NCBI GenBank assembly: GCA_020184695.1
Contig: JAANOX010000017.1
Span: 1-64,000, forward strand
Origin: Histomonas meleagridis 2922-C6/04-290x
Lineage: Eukaryota > Protista > Parabasalia
DNA length: 64,000 bases
Direction of reading: 5' to 3'
Below are positions 1 through 12,900 of this stretch, in pieces. Positions within the stretch are counted from its first letter, which is position 1. Every line of letters begins with the position of its first letter. The notes beneath the pieces were generated by a model. It saw nothing but the letters and a program-made list of their open reading frames with translations. It had not been told where the DNA came from and made no database searches. Position numbers and translations under genes: made by a program.

Positions 1-32
1 ATAAACAGGGTACCCCAAAAGTACAGCCGATG

Positions 33-60
33 CCACTTTTTGAGGCTACTCAAAAAGTGG
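33..60. repeat. Perfect 12-bp inverted repeat CCACTTTTTGAG-gcta-CTCAAAAAGTGG (subterminal transposon motif)
   Basis: Read directly from the sequence. Confidence 0.9.
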
Positions 61-232
61 TATCGGCCCGTTTTCATGTGACGACATTAATATATATCTC
101 GAAGTGCAAGCAACACAGATACGATAAGCCGAACTCAAACCTAGAAATCAAGCAATCATTGGGCATATTGATACTGAGCTTAAAATATACGATATTATCA
201 TTCGTAAAAAAATTAAATTATATGAGATGTAA

Positions 233-1225
233 TTATTTAATCATCTCAATATCAGCGTCTTGTTGACCTGAATATTTAACCATGCTATTCAATGCTTCAC
301 ATGGAGTGGTCTTTTGATGAGTTAATATTTTTAAACTGCGATGAGGCCAAAAGTTATTATATACATAAACGAGTTCGCTTATTTTCAGAAGGCTCCAAGG
401 AACATTTGGACCTTTAGCTCGTTCAATCGTAAGCCAAAATCTTTCGATCTTCCCATTTTGCTGTGGGGTATTTGGATGGGTACGAAATTGTTCGATTTGG
501 TATGATGAAAGAACTTGCTGAAATGATTCTCCCACGAACTTTCCTCCATTGTCAATCGTCAGCATCTTTGGTCGAATTGGTACCTTGTTCAGTGCTCGTA
601 TCAATACCATACCGCAGAGATCAGAGGTTTTCATTGGAAGTACCTCATAGTGCAAAAGTAAGCGTGAACGATCATCAATGAAACCTAGGAGGTAGTACTG
701 AGCTTCATCAATTGTGACATAATGAATATCGGCGTGCCAAAGTTGCCCAGCATAACGTGCAACAAACAGATGGGGGTGTGGATTGGGCTTCTTCTTTGGT
801 TTGGCGAAGCAAAACAGTTTTTGTTCCATGAAAGCTCTTTTCATCTTTTATTCGATTGTGAATACGCCTTTTCTAATAGCAGCCTCTGCAGCCCTTTGAT
901 AACCAACATTGAACTTGGCCCTGTAGTCCTGACTAATCTGAAGAGTAGCTAGCGAGGTTTCCTTCGTAGGTCCTCCCCGTGCCCTAATGTCAATTCCTTC
1001 CAATTGACAAATAGCCTTGAATTGTTTGCGACCCATAAAAAATGTTCTCATTGTTTCTTCGGCTTTTTGTTCCTGAACTGACTGCCGAAATGCAGCTAAA
1101 TCGATTCCATCTCTTGGATCTTGAGGTCTTCGTATCATCAAATGTGAGGTAAACCTATGAAAAAGCCACGCCCACTTTTTGACTGAGCTCATACAAAAAA
1201 TTCTTATATTTATTTTATGACCCAC
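233..1225 (-). pseudogene. DDE transposase/integrase (rve core) interrupted by one in-frame TAA at 848-850
   Basis: ORFs 848..1225 and 233..844 are in the same frame (...FTIE*KMKR...). Motifs LWHADIH, FIDDRSR, TIDNGGKF and PQQNGKIERF give an intact D-D-E triad. Confidence 0.85.
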
Positions 1226-1375
1226 TTTTTGTTAAATCTCATACATAAAATTCTTATATTTATTTAATTACCCACTTTTTGATAGATGTCATACAAAAAA
1301 TTGTTTCGATCATTGTTAAATCCACTTTTTGTATTAGCTTATACAATATATTCTATGAGTTCATTCAAAAAGTGG
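1171..1375. repeat. Four ~50-bp tandem repeats starting (C/T)CCACTTTTTG, followed by one inverted copy of the motif
   Basis: Units start at 1171, 1221, 1271 and 1321; CAAAAAGTGG lies at 1366-1375. Confidence 0.9.
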
Positions 1376-1741
1376 GGAAAGTGAAGTCATACGGATTTCC
1401 TCGTGCAACAGATTTCTTATTGAATGTTCTCTCATAAAAGTAGATATTAATCAAAAAAATTCCATAAACCGAACAAGTTATTCCCAAAAAATTCATGTTT
1501 ATTTTGGTAAATTCCAATATTATACCAAGATCACAAAGGAAAGTGTAATAGGATGATTAGAATTTGATTGTGGTATTAAAATTAGGTAAAATTCAAAAGT
1601 GTACATCAGGAAAAATAACTGATAAAGATTGAGTTTTATAGATTGAGCAGTATATTCGGTATTTTAGTTCAAATATTCCTTATATACGTAAAGTAGTCAT
1701 TATTATATTTAAAAATTTAAAAAACTACCTAATCAATTTTT

Positions 1742-1744
<3 letters not shown>

Positions 1745-1774
<30 letters not shown>
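1745..1774. repeat. Poly(T)30 tract
   Basis: Read directly; followed by ACTTTT like the tract at 61697. Confidence 0.9.
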
Positions 1775-1780
<6 letters not shown>

Positions 1781-2410
1781 CGTATGCATCTTCATGTGTA
1801 CATGCAGTTTAAAACTTTTTGAATATAATTTGATCAAATATTTAACTTTTTGGATATTACAGTACCGGACACCAAAATCGTGGTGTGCATTAAGAATGGA
1901 TAAATATATATTTATAATAAGGTTTTCCTATATTTAATATATATTATAAAATCGAAATAAGATGTTTATTAATCAGAAAAAAATTGTGTATCACAAAGGG
2001 ATATGTGAAATTTTCATTACATAATCAAACGATAAATTTTTTGATGAAATTAAAATATAGATTTCATGTCCTATATATGTCTGTTAAAATTATATGAAAA
2101 AAATTGGGAGTTAGGTTCCTTTTTGGGAATTGACATCCTTATTCAGGGAATAAGTTCTAATTGATATATTCCCAAAAATTAATAGGATATGTCTAAAACA
2201 TTTTTTCCCCATCCATTACAAATAAAAATTATATCAAGTTGTTGATAACACATGCCATCTTTTAATATATTAAAAGATCCGAATCAATACTCAAATGAGA
2301 GCGCTTTAGGTTAATGGTATTGCATTACTGGTGATTGTTAAATTTACAATGATGAAGTTAAAAATTTTGTGCTGAATGTGTACATGTGGTTGCATGTGAT
2401 GTTTACATGT

Positions 2411-4493
2411 TTAAATGTTTTCGATATAAAAATGTTCGTTGAAATCTTTTTCAAATGGATCTACTTCAATATCTTTGAAGTTAATAAGATTATTATTACT
2501 CATCGTTTCTATTTCTTTGCTGACACTTCCTTCTTTCGTATTGTCTTCTTTAATACTTTCTTCTATTATACTATCTTCTTTATTATGTTTATGATGAATA
2601 CGAATAATTAAAATTATCAGAATTATGATAATAATAATTATAATAGCACAAACACATATAATAATGATTGTATTTATTTTGTTGTCGTTATTATTATTAT
2701 TTGTCTCATTTTGATTAAGAATTGTATAAAATCCAGTATAATATGATATATATGAGAAATATTTTATGGTTATATATTCATAATAAATAAATATTGTTTC
2801 TGTATAATAATATAATGAATCAAATATAGAAAGAGTAATGCTATTAGTGAAAATAGATTTATGGATAATTGTTTGAGTAATTGATTGTGTAAAAATTATG
2901 GTATTAATATATGTAACACTTGGTTGTATTGCATTTGTAAATGTAGTTAAAGGTTTGTCAATTTGCGTGAATGTATTTGAAAGTGTATTTGCCTCAGCAT
3001 GTGTATTACTTTGTGTAAATGTGTTTGATTTGGAATATGTATTATTTTGTGTATATAAATTCGATTGTGTAAATGTAAGTGTTGGCCATAAATATATGTC
3101 ACATTCTTTAACCAAATTATACGAAACATTAAGAGAGCCAAATGTTGTGTCGTGATGTAAATATGATGTCATAACATATTTCGTGCCAATATCAGAAAAT
3201 GCTGTTGAACTTATATATACAGGTGATTCAATACCTTTGAAATAAATACATTTAAGTTTGGTACATGATTGAAACGCAGAATCTCCAATCGTTGCAACAT
3301 TCCCTCCAATAATAACTGTTTCTAAATAATTACATTGATAAAATGCTGAATTCCCAATCATTTCGACTTTTTCTCCAATAATAACTGTTTCTAAATCATA
3401 ACATTGATAAAATGTATAATTTCCAATTGATGTAACTGAATTCGGAATTGTAATATTTTTCAATGATGAACATAAATAAAATGCATGATCACCAATTTTT
3501 TCGACTTTTTCTCCAATAATAACTGTTGTTAAATTTTTACATGAATAAAATGCTGAATTTCCAATTGATGTAACTGAATTCGGAATTGTAATATTTTTTA
3601 ATGATGAACATAAATAAAATGTATAATCAAGAATTTCTCCTAAATTTTCAGAAATATTAATTGTTTCTAAATTACGACATGATTCAAATGCATGTGTTCC
3701 AATCATTGTAACTGAATTCGGAATTATAATGTTTTTTAATGATAAACATGAATAAAATCCATAACTTTCAATACTTATAATTGATGTTAAAAGTTCAATA
3801 GTTTCATTCGGCATTTTTGAAGGATAACAAATAATTTTAGTACAAGTTTTATCATAAAGAATTCCATCTTTTCCGAAATAATTCACATTTTCTGTTGAAA
3901 CTTGAATATATTCAAGATTTTTACACATACTAAATACTCCTTTTCCTATTGTTATAACTGATTTTGGAATCATGATATTTATTAATGATGAACATGATTG
4001 AAATGCATATTCTTCAATTGATGTAACTGAATTAGGAATTGTAATGTTTTTTAATGATAAACAAAAATAAAACGTATAACTGCTAATTGATTCTACATTT
4101 TCACTAAGAATAATCGTTGTTAAATTATCACATGAATTAAATGCAGAAGTACCAATCGTTGTAACTGAATTCGGAATCGTAATATTTTTCAATGATGAAC
4201 ATGCTCGAAATGCAGAAGTACCAATCGTTGTTACACTTTCACCGAGAAGAACCGTCGCTAAATTTCGACATGATGAAAACGCATATTCCCCAATACTCAT
4301 AATCGTTGAACCAATTTCAACTGAAATCATTGATTCCCATGAACTAAAATCATATGAATTCGATTGAAGTAATCCCTTCATGAATAATAATATATTTCGC
4401 TTGATATTTATATTCATCTTTATTTGAATATTCACTAGAATTATTGATAATAAGAGTTCCTGTATTAAAATTAAATATTTCATTCGTTTCCAT
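2411..4493 (-). pseudogene. BspA-like (LRR_5/TpLRR) type I surface protein with a 1-nt frameshift near 4357
   Basis: Many xIPNSVTxIGxxAFxxCxxL repeats, a Ser/Thr-rich stalk, a hydrophobic TM and an acidic tail (DPFEKDF). The N-terminus METNEIF...GITSIE joins the main frame (SYDFSSW) only if one T is removed (GAA T TCA TAT). Confidence 0.8.
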
Positions 4494-5432
4494 AAAAAAG
4501 ATAATAATAAAAAATGAAATAATTTTGTAATCAATTTTTTTTAGATGATGACATTTTGAGTTTATTAATGAATAAAATATTTTAAGAAAAAACAAAAGAA
4601 TTAAAATATTTTTATATATAAAAATTAAGATAATAGAAAAAATTAACATAATAATTTCAAAAATTTTAATAAAATTAAATGAAAAATAATGAAATTCAAA
4701 GAATCGTACATTCATGATTTTTTGTTGTAAAATGTTTATAAAAAAAGTTGAATTAAGAAAAGATGGTGAAGTATTTCGTTTTAACTTCGAAAATGAAGGA
4801 ATAAAATGAATGAAGTTTAAATGGTTTGAAAAGATGAGATTTAAGAAATCTTTAATATGAAATAACATGAAATCTTCGATACAAGACAAATTTTTTTCAT
4901 GAAACATGCCTGGTTTAATATTTTTGTATGATTGAAAAATATATTTGGTCATTGTTACTTCTTATGACCACGCACGTTTATACTAACAAAAAACGAAGAG
5001 AAATTTTGTTTCTATTGTTTATATTATTTTTTGATGAAATTTCAATGCGCGCCAAAAAAAAGGAAAGAAATTTAACCACTAAATTAAATTTTATAACTGC
5101 AATGAATTGAATCGTCATGACAAAATAACTTTTTAAAAAGTTATACCGGTCCATCTAAAGGCGCTTTCTTGGAGAAGTAAAAAAACGCTTACAAATTATA
5201 TTGAAGTAAAACGACATTTATTATATGTGGACATTTAAATAATCAAAAAGTCAAAACTAGAAATTAGTCTAATTTCACTGAGTTTGTTTGTTAATGCCTA
5301 TCATTTTTAGATCTCTGCTGGTGCTATAATTGGGCTTAAGAGCCAAAATTTTGTGGACTTAGATATATCTTTTAATACTATCGTTTAAATTTTTTCCTTA
5401 TATATATTCAAATTAACTTTATAAATAATTTA

Positions 5433-6572
5433 TTAATTCATTTTCCGATAAGCTTCATGAAACTCTAAAACAGATATAAGTTTTCTTCCTAACTGATTGG
5501 CAACATTATCAAATATTTCGTTTGCTTCGTCTGTCCTTAATCCAAGAGCAGCTACCATCACAGGTACCACATGTGCTTTATCTCTTAACTTCATGAAATC
5601 TTCATTTGTCAACCCCAAATTCTCATATCTTCCATTCCCAGAAAGAGGATTTGGGAAAGGATTTGGTTTTGTTGAAACTCCATGTGTAATGTGATCTGCT
5701 GGATTATAATCGCGCACTTTTGTATCGTAATTTTCTCCAAAAGAATCCATTGCGCCCATTCCAGCGAGTGTATCACCAACTGTAAATTCAGATGACACAG
5801 TAGAAATACCAGCCGGTGGTAATTCGCATGGGTCTCTACGTGTTCTGTAACGAGTGGAATTCATTTTGTATTCTTTCATGTTAGTATATGGATTTCCAGG
5901 ATCAAAATCTGGTTGAATCGCATTGTTTTGGGCTCGGTCAACTGCAAGAGGAACAATACGAGGTGAATTATCATAGTTCATAATTTCGGTTAGATGATCA
6001 ACGTTGCGCTGAGGTCCTGTTACACCAAAAGTATGCGTTACGGGATTTATTTTACCCCATTGATAGTTTCTACGTGTCTGATATCCAACACCTAATGTTT
6101 TGTCATTTGGAATGTCAGTCTTTGAATCTTGTATAACAGTTCCTGCTTTTTCTCCAAATCTAGTGCTTACACCAAAACCTCTCTTCTTGAGATCATCTGG
6201 AATTTTTGAAATAGGTTTTGGTCCATGTCCAAGTGGACATTTTGCTCTTTGATATTGCTCTTCCTGTTTATCCAAAAATTCCTGGTATACTTTTGAACAA
6301 TTTGAAGGTACTTCATGAACACATTCATATGTACTTCCATTTTTTGCCCCCGAATGAATTCCAAAAGCAACGTTATCAGGGAATGTTGTTGGCATAATTC
6401 CAGGTGTATGAATTCTTTCACCAGGTTCTCCAAGATGATGACTCCGGAATAATTTTTGTCGCTCAGGCCCTTGATATTTTTCATCATATCTCATACAGCT
6501 TGCAACGCCGTCTCCTCCATGTGTTTTAATTCCAGCAGCCGGGACATTTGCAGCGTAATTTCTTGGAAACAT
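5433..6572 (-). CDS. EFHB/CFAP21-like flagellar protein
   Basis: 379-aa ORF with recurring FG motifs and LGVGYQTRRNYQW, recalled from EFHB-family proteins; not searched. Confidence 0.5.
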   Translation of the reverse strand: MFPRNYAANVPAAGIKTHGGDGVASCMRYDEKYQGPERQKLFRSHHLGEPGERIHTPGIMPTTFPDNVAFGIHSGAKNGSTYECVHEVPSNCSKVYQEFLDKQEEQYQRAKCPLGHGPKPISKIPDDLKKRGFGVSTRFGEKAGTVIQDSKTDIPNDKTLGVGYQTRRNYQWGKINPVTHTFGVTGPQRNVDHLTEIMNYDNSPRIVPLAVDRAQNNAIQPDFDPGNPYTNMKEYKMNSTRYRTRRDPCELPPAGISTVSSEFTVGDTLAGMGAMDSFGENYDTKVRDYNPADHITHGVSTKPNPFPNPLSGNGRYENLGLTNEDFMKLRDKAHVVPVMVAALGLRTDEANEIFDNVANQLGRKLISVLEFHEAYRKMN

Positions 6573-6629
6573 TTGATGTAACGTACATTAACCGATAAAA
6601 TTGTATGTAAGAGAACGTTTATTTTTCCA

Positions 6630-7283
6630 TCACTTTTCAACAACCATTGCTCTTATCTTTGGTAAAGCCCTTTCGTAGACAAGGCGGAGACGGTCATTCA
6701 GAACATTTGAAACACGGACCTTGCCTTTTTGACAGATAAGAATTACACCTCCGGCACATGCTGGCGCAGATGGTAAAAATCGTTTATCATCAATTTTGAC
6801 ATTGAAGTCAATGGTTGGATTAAGCTTCTTTGCAATCTCAATGGCACCTGGAAGTATGTTTTCTGCAATTTTTTGGTCGGATTTACGGATCATTAAACGA
6901 ACTCGTGATTCTTTCAACGTATTAAGTCCTTCAGCTATTAATTTTTTGAGCAACTCAGGATAATCTGGACCTTCTGAGAATTTGTTCAATTCACGAATGG
7001 CTTCTTTTAATGCTTCGTGAATTGCTTCTGTTTGTGACTTTAAAATTTCAAGTTTAACGTTGTTCTTGATTTGAGCTTCACGGATCAAGAGTTCTTTTTG
7101 AATTTCACTTTGTTCACGAGCAAATTCTTTTTCAAGTTTTTCATTAACATTCTTGATAGTTTTATTATAAAGTTCTTCGGCTCTGCTTTCTGCATTTTGA
7201 CGTTTTTCTTCAGCTATTTCTTCGGCTAGTTCTTGGAACATTTCGGCCATTTGTTGAACACATTCCTCCGCAGTCAAAGTCAT
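6630..7283 (-). CDS. ATP6V1E: V-type H+-ATPase subunit E (start at 7283 or 7364)
   Basis: N-terminal coiled coil, YPELLKKLIAEGL, DDKRFLP, CAGGVIL and SNVLNDRL match V1-E. Confidence 0.9.
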   Translation of the reverse strand: MTLTAEECVQQMAEMFQELAEEIAEEKRQNAESRAEELYNKTIKNVNEKLEKEFAREQSEIQKELLIREAQIKNNVKLEILKSQTEAIHEALKEAIRELNKFSEGPDYPELLKKLIAEGLNTLKESRVRLMIRKSDQKIAENILPGAIEIAKKLNPTIDFNVKIDDKRFLPSAPACAGGVILICQKGKVRVSNVLNDRLRLVYERALPKIRAMVVEK

Positions 7284-7429
7284 TTTTGGAATATAATTTT
7301 CACAGGCTTTGTGAAAAAATTGGCTAACATCATCATAAAAAGTGACAATCTTATCACCGGCCATAAGAAAGTATGGATAAAAAATTATAGATAAACTTTT
7401 TTTCATAAACAATATTTTATCCCGCCCCG

Positions 7430-7438
7430 GGGGTGCCC
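7430..7438. promoter_or_regulatory. GGGGTGCCC motif in a divergent intergenic region (V-ATPase E / ARM gene)
   Basis: GC-rich 9-mer, identical to the one at 44191 in another head-to-head gap; function inferred. Confidence 0.35.
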
Positions 7439-7481
7439 GATTCACTTTTTGAAATGTGAACAAATTGTTTTTATTGGCTGC

Positions 7482-8894
7482 ATGCGTGTAGCCTACAAAA
7501 GTGATATAGTTCATCAAAAAAGATTTGTACTTTATGTGACACAATCAAAAACGCAACAAAAGGTAGTTGATTCATCTTCTTTTGATTATTTATATTATGC
7601 TTTATTTTCTAATTCTGAAAGTAGCATAATAAATTCCCTTGAATACTTTGCTAAGCTTTCCAAACAAGGTGGATATGATTTATTTTTTGAGAAAGGGCAT
7701 TGTTATATAATTGATGATATTATTGATCTTTTTAAAGATGAATCATTTGATATTCTTTATGATATATTAATTTTTTTAAAATTCCTTACCAAATGCGATT
7801 TTAATCATATTCAGCAAATGCTTTCGCAACGTTTAATTAATTTTATCAAAGAAATTTACCGACAACCAAGAGCCCAATGCAATCAATGCCAAATATTTCG
7901 GATATACGCCAACTTAATGAGCAAGAGTGATGAAGTTGTTGATCAATTTTTGGATGATAATTTTGATAGCATTCTTAAAGATGTTTTTTATAAACATACT
8001 GAAGACATTTCCTTAATGACCACGGAAGATGTTTTAATTGCAAAATCAATTCTCAAAGTCTTAAGTAGTATTTTCACCAATTCGAAACTTGTTTTCCAAA
8101 AACGAAACGATTTTTTAGAAGAATCGCGTTCAATGATTTTCTCACTTTTATATACCGAAAATGAAGGACTTTTATTGTCATGTTTGAAATGTATTAAAAA
8201 TGCGACGAGTGTTAATGATATTTCTATTATTCATATGTTTTTTTATGATCGATATTTTAATCGATATAATGAAATATGTATGAGCTCAAACTCATTAATT
8301 CGTTTTAATATGATTTCGATTTTGTGTAATTTTTGTGTTTTGGATAAATTAGATTTGAATCGATTTTTAGCTTCCGGATTTTTTGATTTGGATCTTGAAA
8401 TCGAAAAATTATCTGATGAAGAACATGTTCAACTTTTGGTTTTAATGTATAATCTTGTTCAATTTGATCAAGAGTTTGCGTCGAATGTTATGAATTTGTT
8501 CATGTTCGGTTTGTTTTCAAGAAATATACCGAATTTAACTTTTAAGGAAAAGGAATTGTTTAATTTAATAAACGCAAAAATTCTTCGATACCCAAATTTG
8601 ATTCCTAATTTAATACAATCATATCCTAATATTATACAAACATTGGCGGAAGATTTGGAATGTACTTCGCCGAGAAATCAAATTTTAATTGTTTTCGGAT
8701 TTCAGTCACTTGCGGATTATGCAAACACAAACGAAAATTTGGATCAAAATGTAAAAGAAGTTTTGTACGATGAACAATTTTGTTATTCTCTTCACACATT
8801 AATGAATGACTCAACAAGCGAAAATTTGACCGAAGCAATAGAGAAACTATTGGAAACACTAAGTTCGGCAAATGAAGAACCTTTAGAAGAGTAA
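7482..8894 (+). CDS. ARM/HEAT-like helical repeat protein
   Basis: Leu/Ile-rich helical ORF of about 470 aa; first in-frame ATG at 7482. Confidence 0.55.
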   Translation: MRVAYKSDIVHQKRFVLYVTQSKTQQKVVDSSSFDYLYYALFSNSESSIINSLEYFAKLSKQGGYDLFFEKGHCYIIDDIIDLFKDESFDILYDILIFLKFLTKCDFNHIQQMLSQRLINFIKEIYRQPRAQCNQCQIFRIYANLMSKSDEVVDQFLDDNFDSILKDVFYKHTEDISLMTTEDVLIAKSILKVLSSIFTNSKLVFQKRNDFLEESRSMIFSLLYTENEGLLLSCLKCIKNATSVNDISIIHMFFYDRYFNRYNEICMSSNSLIRFNMISILCNFCVLDKLDLNRFLASGFFDLDLEIEKLSDEEHVQLLVLMYNLVQFDQEFASNVMNLFMFGLFSRNIPNLTFKEKELFNLINAKILRYPNLIPNLIQSYPNIIQTLAEDLECTSPRNQILIVFGFQSLADYANTNENLDQNVKEVLYDEQFCYSLHTLMNDSTSENLTEAIEKLLETLSSANEEPLEE

Positions 8895-9995
8895 TTTTTT
8901 AAATATAAAATAAATGTTTCTATAACATATATTAAATACTCTGACTTTTTAACAAATTCATTTATTCAAATACATTATCATTGCAAGACATCAACATATT
9001 TAAATTTTAATTCTAATTTCACATATTCGCTAACATATACATTTTTATATATTAATCCTACAGATACATATGTTTTAACATATATTGTTATGTATGATAA
9101 TATAATTATTGGATATTCAACATATTTCAGTTATAATAGTGATTTCATAACTATAGATTTCACATATATTAATATTATTAATAATGGAATTGGCACCGGA
9201 TTGTTTGCAAATGTGTAAGTTATTATTGGAATTGCTATTTGGATTGTTAAAAGTAAAAAAAGCAATAAAAATAATGAAGCAACCAAAAGAGTAAACTCAT
9301 ATTCTACAACATCAAGTTGAGGAAATTATTGAAAATATGGAGAAATGACTAAAGAAGATGATGATCATTAGATATAAAGGAACTTTCAAAGTATACTTTT
9401 TTCAAAAAATACTTTCAGCATGTGCTAATCTTGCTACAGTTTCATTTTCAGTTTTATTATGAAAGGAAATACGTGTAACAGCACTATAAATGAAAAAATT
9501 CTGTATCACAACTTTATCAAATATGAAAAAAATGAATTTTAAAAACATATTGTAAGCATTAAATTTATCATAGTATGAAATTTATCAAAAATATTAAAAA
9601 TAATAACAAATTTTAGCATGAATATTATTCCCACTCTCATTTTAATGATGCATAGAAAAGAGGTATTTTTATCATCTTAATGAGAAACAATAATAATAAA
9701 GGCAGTTTGAGGGCAAACACGATTTTTGAGATCTAATTTTTGTATCATTAAAGTTTTATAAAAATTTCATATCTAATATATTTTCATACAATAATGAAGC
9801 CACAATTGGCATAAACTTTTGAGTAATGAAGCTCAAAAAGTTATATTGGTCAATACCGCGCTTTTCTCTTAATTAATTTGTGAGAAAAAGTGCAGTAATA
9901 TTTTTTTTTCAGTTCAAAATTATGCGGGATCTTGAAATTTCAAATATTTGAATCCAATTCTTAGAAATTTTTTGCTTTTTCCTCACTTTCGAAAA

Positions 9996-12900
9996 ATGGG
10001 CGATTGTTTTTGTGTAATAGCAAACCAATGTAGCACACTTAAAAATGCTATCATTAAAGGAGACAACTTAACATTTAGCTATATCATGGGAGTTACACAA
10101 CATAATTTAGAAAATTGGAATCTTTTAAGAAGCCTTCAGCAAATTAATCAAAATAATGATCCAAATTTTAAGTTTGTTGTTGAAACATTTGAAAAAAAGG
10201 ACGATATGTATAAACTATTACCATTATATGAGAAAGCTGGGTTTTTTGACCAAGCAACTCGATTTATTAATCCTAATTGGAAAGATAAATATGCAAAATA
10301 CAAAAGTACACCAATACCTCCTCAACAAGCCTTTGAAATGTATCATCAAGTTATGAATGCTTTTAAGTTTTGTGATGATAATTTTTCACAACTAACATAT
10401 CTTGATGATTCCACGCGTAAACGTTGTATGGAGAATAATGAATATATTATAAGCATTAAACCTCAACTTGAAGATTTTCTTGAATATTCTCATGTTATTG
10501 CAGCAGTAAATAAAATTGTTACAATCATAAAACAGCCATATGAAGCACTTAATCAACTTCTTTCCATGACAGATAAAAAAAATATTCGTGAAGTTTTTGA
10601 TAAATTTAGAATTGCACGTGATAAAGCAATGATGACATCATTCTTTGAGCAAGCAAAAACAATTGAGCCGCTTAAAACTTTATATGAAAATTGTGAAAAA
10701 TTATATCAAGAAATGACTCAAGGTAAACTTCAAGAAATTATTTATCAAAATGCTAAAGAACCTGTAATTAAGAAGTTAAAGGAAACATTATCAAAACCAA
10801 AGCTTGATATAAACACAATGGATCAAACATCAATATTTATATCAAATATATCAAACCCGGATGTATTGAAAGATTCCGAAGTTACTCAACTTATTTCTGA
10901 ATTCGATGTAAAAGTACAAGAAGAAATCGAAATCATGAAACAAAATATAATTAATTCCAAAATCAAAGAACTTAGTTCTAGTTTTGAAGCTACGATAAAA
11001 CCTGGAAATGATAAAAATGCTTGCATTAAATATGCTTCATATAAATGTTTAGATTCAAATAATTTTATTATTGATTATACTGAAATTCCTGAAATCCATA
11101 AAATAGCAATTGAAAAATATCCTGAAGTTTTTAAGTCAAGTATTATACCTGATTTTACTGATCAAAATTCTATAAATAATGTATTTAGATCATTTACATT
11201 TAGGTACAACACAATTATGGAAGCTATTAAAACAAGTTGTTTAACAAAATTTACAAGAGAAGTTGAAAATTTACTTGTAATTATAGAAAAATCAAATTAT
11301 ATTTCTAATTTTAATCAAAATCAACTTGAAAACCAACAGTTTACACAACTAATTAATATGTGCAATGATTATCAAAAGATGAAAGAACATGTTCCTTTAT
11401 ATGTTAAATATCAACAACTTTTATATAATTTTAATGGAGTTTATGAACAATTTCATAATTTACTCAATGATGGTTTACTTCTCGAAACTCAAGCATATCA
11501 ATTAAGAATGAAATTTGAGGAATTTGGTCATTTGTATGATGAAAGATTTTTAGAAATGGAATATATTGAAAATGAGAAAAAAGAACAAATGAAAAATATT
11601 GGACCATTTGTAGCTAAAAATTTACTAATAATTAATGAAATTGTTTATAAAGCAAGACTTCGTTCTCTAGGAAATAGGATTGTTGGAGAAAGTGGAAATC
11701 TTTTAGATACACTTTATTCACTTGTAGATAATAATTGTTGGAAAAATATCTATAATGCATTTACTGATTATTTTAAGAAAAATTATGAACTTGTTTATCA
11801 ACCTTATTTAGCTGAAGCAAGTTCTTTTGAACCATTTGCAACAATGGCAGAAAAAATCAGAACTTTAACAAAATTTATTAATGAAGATAATATTATGGTA
11901 AAACTTAGATGTGATGAAATATTAATGACTAATCTCTCTTTATTAATTGATTCAGTAAACAAAATAAAAAAGTTTGATTCAAGTATATTTTCAGATTTCT
12001 TTTCTAATCTTTCTAAAATTAAAATTTTGGGTTCAAAAATCCTTCAACATAAAGATGTTAAGAAATGGATTAAATGTTTTGATAAACATAAGCAAGAAAT
12101 ATTTAAGAAAACATTTGAAGAAGAATATTTAATTAAGCGTAATACATGTATTCAAGAATTTGATAGTATTCTTAATAGTACAAATAATATTCAATCTCGT
12201 ATACAAAATATGAAAAACTTAAATCTAAAATGGTCATTTGCAAAAGTTTGTGATTTAATTATCGATTTTACTTTATGTGAAGAATTATCAAATATTTTAA
12301 TTAAATTCCAAGAATTAACAGGAGAAGAAATTGAACATTATCATGAAGACAATATAATTAATATTTGGAAACCTGAAAATATTGATGAATTTGAAGAACA
12401 TATTAAATTTTATCATTTTTATCTTCATCCAATTGCCAAAAGAATTGGAGATATTGTACAATTACCAATTACACAACAAATTCCAACCCTTTATGAATAT
12501 GATATTCCTGAAACAGAAGATGAATCAATTCAAATTATAAAAGTTATTAAAACTGAATCAACAAATCATGAATCAACTTCTAAAGTCAATTCAAATATAA
12601 ATATTGTTTATAACTCAATCAAACGAACATATAATTTATTACTTACTGCTATTCAAACTGGTAATGAAAAAACATTTGATACACAAATTACAAATATTGA
12701 AAAAGAATTAAAGAAGTGTGATATTTTTAATGAAAAGCTTGATGAAGAAAAAGAAAATGATGAAAACTATTTAAGAGTTATCGAAATATATAATGATCGT
12801 GATAATATTAAATCTCAATTACCATTATATATGAAAGCAGATAAATTTTATAAAGAATCGAATTTTATTAATGATAGATTGATTAATTCAGTAGAAAGTA

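Larger units (their letters stand above)
1..1410 (-). mobile_element. IS481-family-like DDE DNA transposon (resembles parabasalid IS481EU); one end probably just outside the window
   Basis: Encodes an rve-type integrase core. The candidate terminus reads TGTTGCAC on the minus strand from 1410. The motif CCACTTTTTG recurs at both ends (33-42, inverted 51-60; 1172, 1222, 1272, 1322, inverted 1366-1375). Confidence 0.7.

Noticed and set aside
1171-1375. CRISPR-like array (also considered for the 170-bp ankyrin period and the 96-bp repeats)
   Set aside because: No unique spacers between identical repeats, no cas genes, eukaryotic context; explained as transposon ends or coding repeats.
7284-7544. 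N-terminal extension of V-ATPase E in the ORF track
   Set aside because: It overlaps the divergent gene and promoter, and homology begins near MTLTAEEC.
8950-9470. Coding-like remnants (BspA-like SACANLATVSF near 9420; similar near 26950-27100)
   Set aside because: Too degraded to define boundaries or a product.
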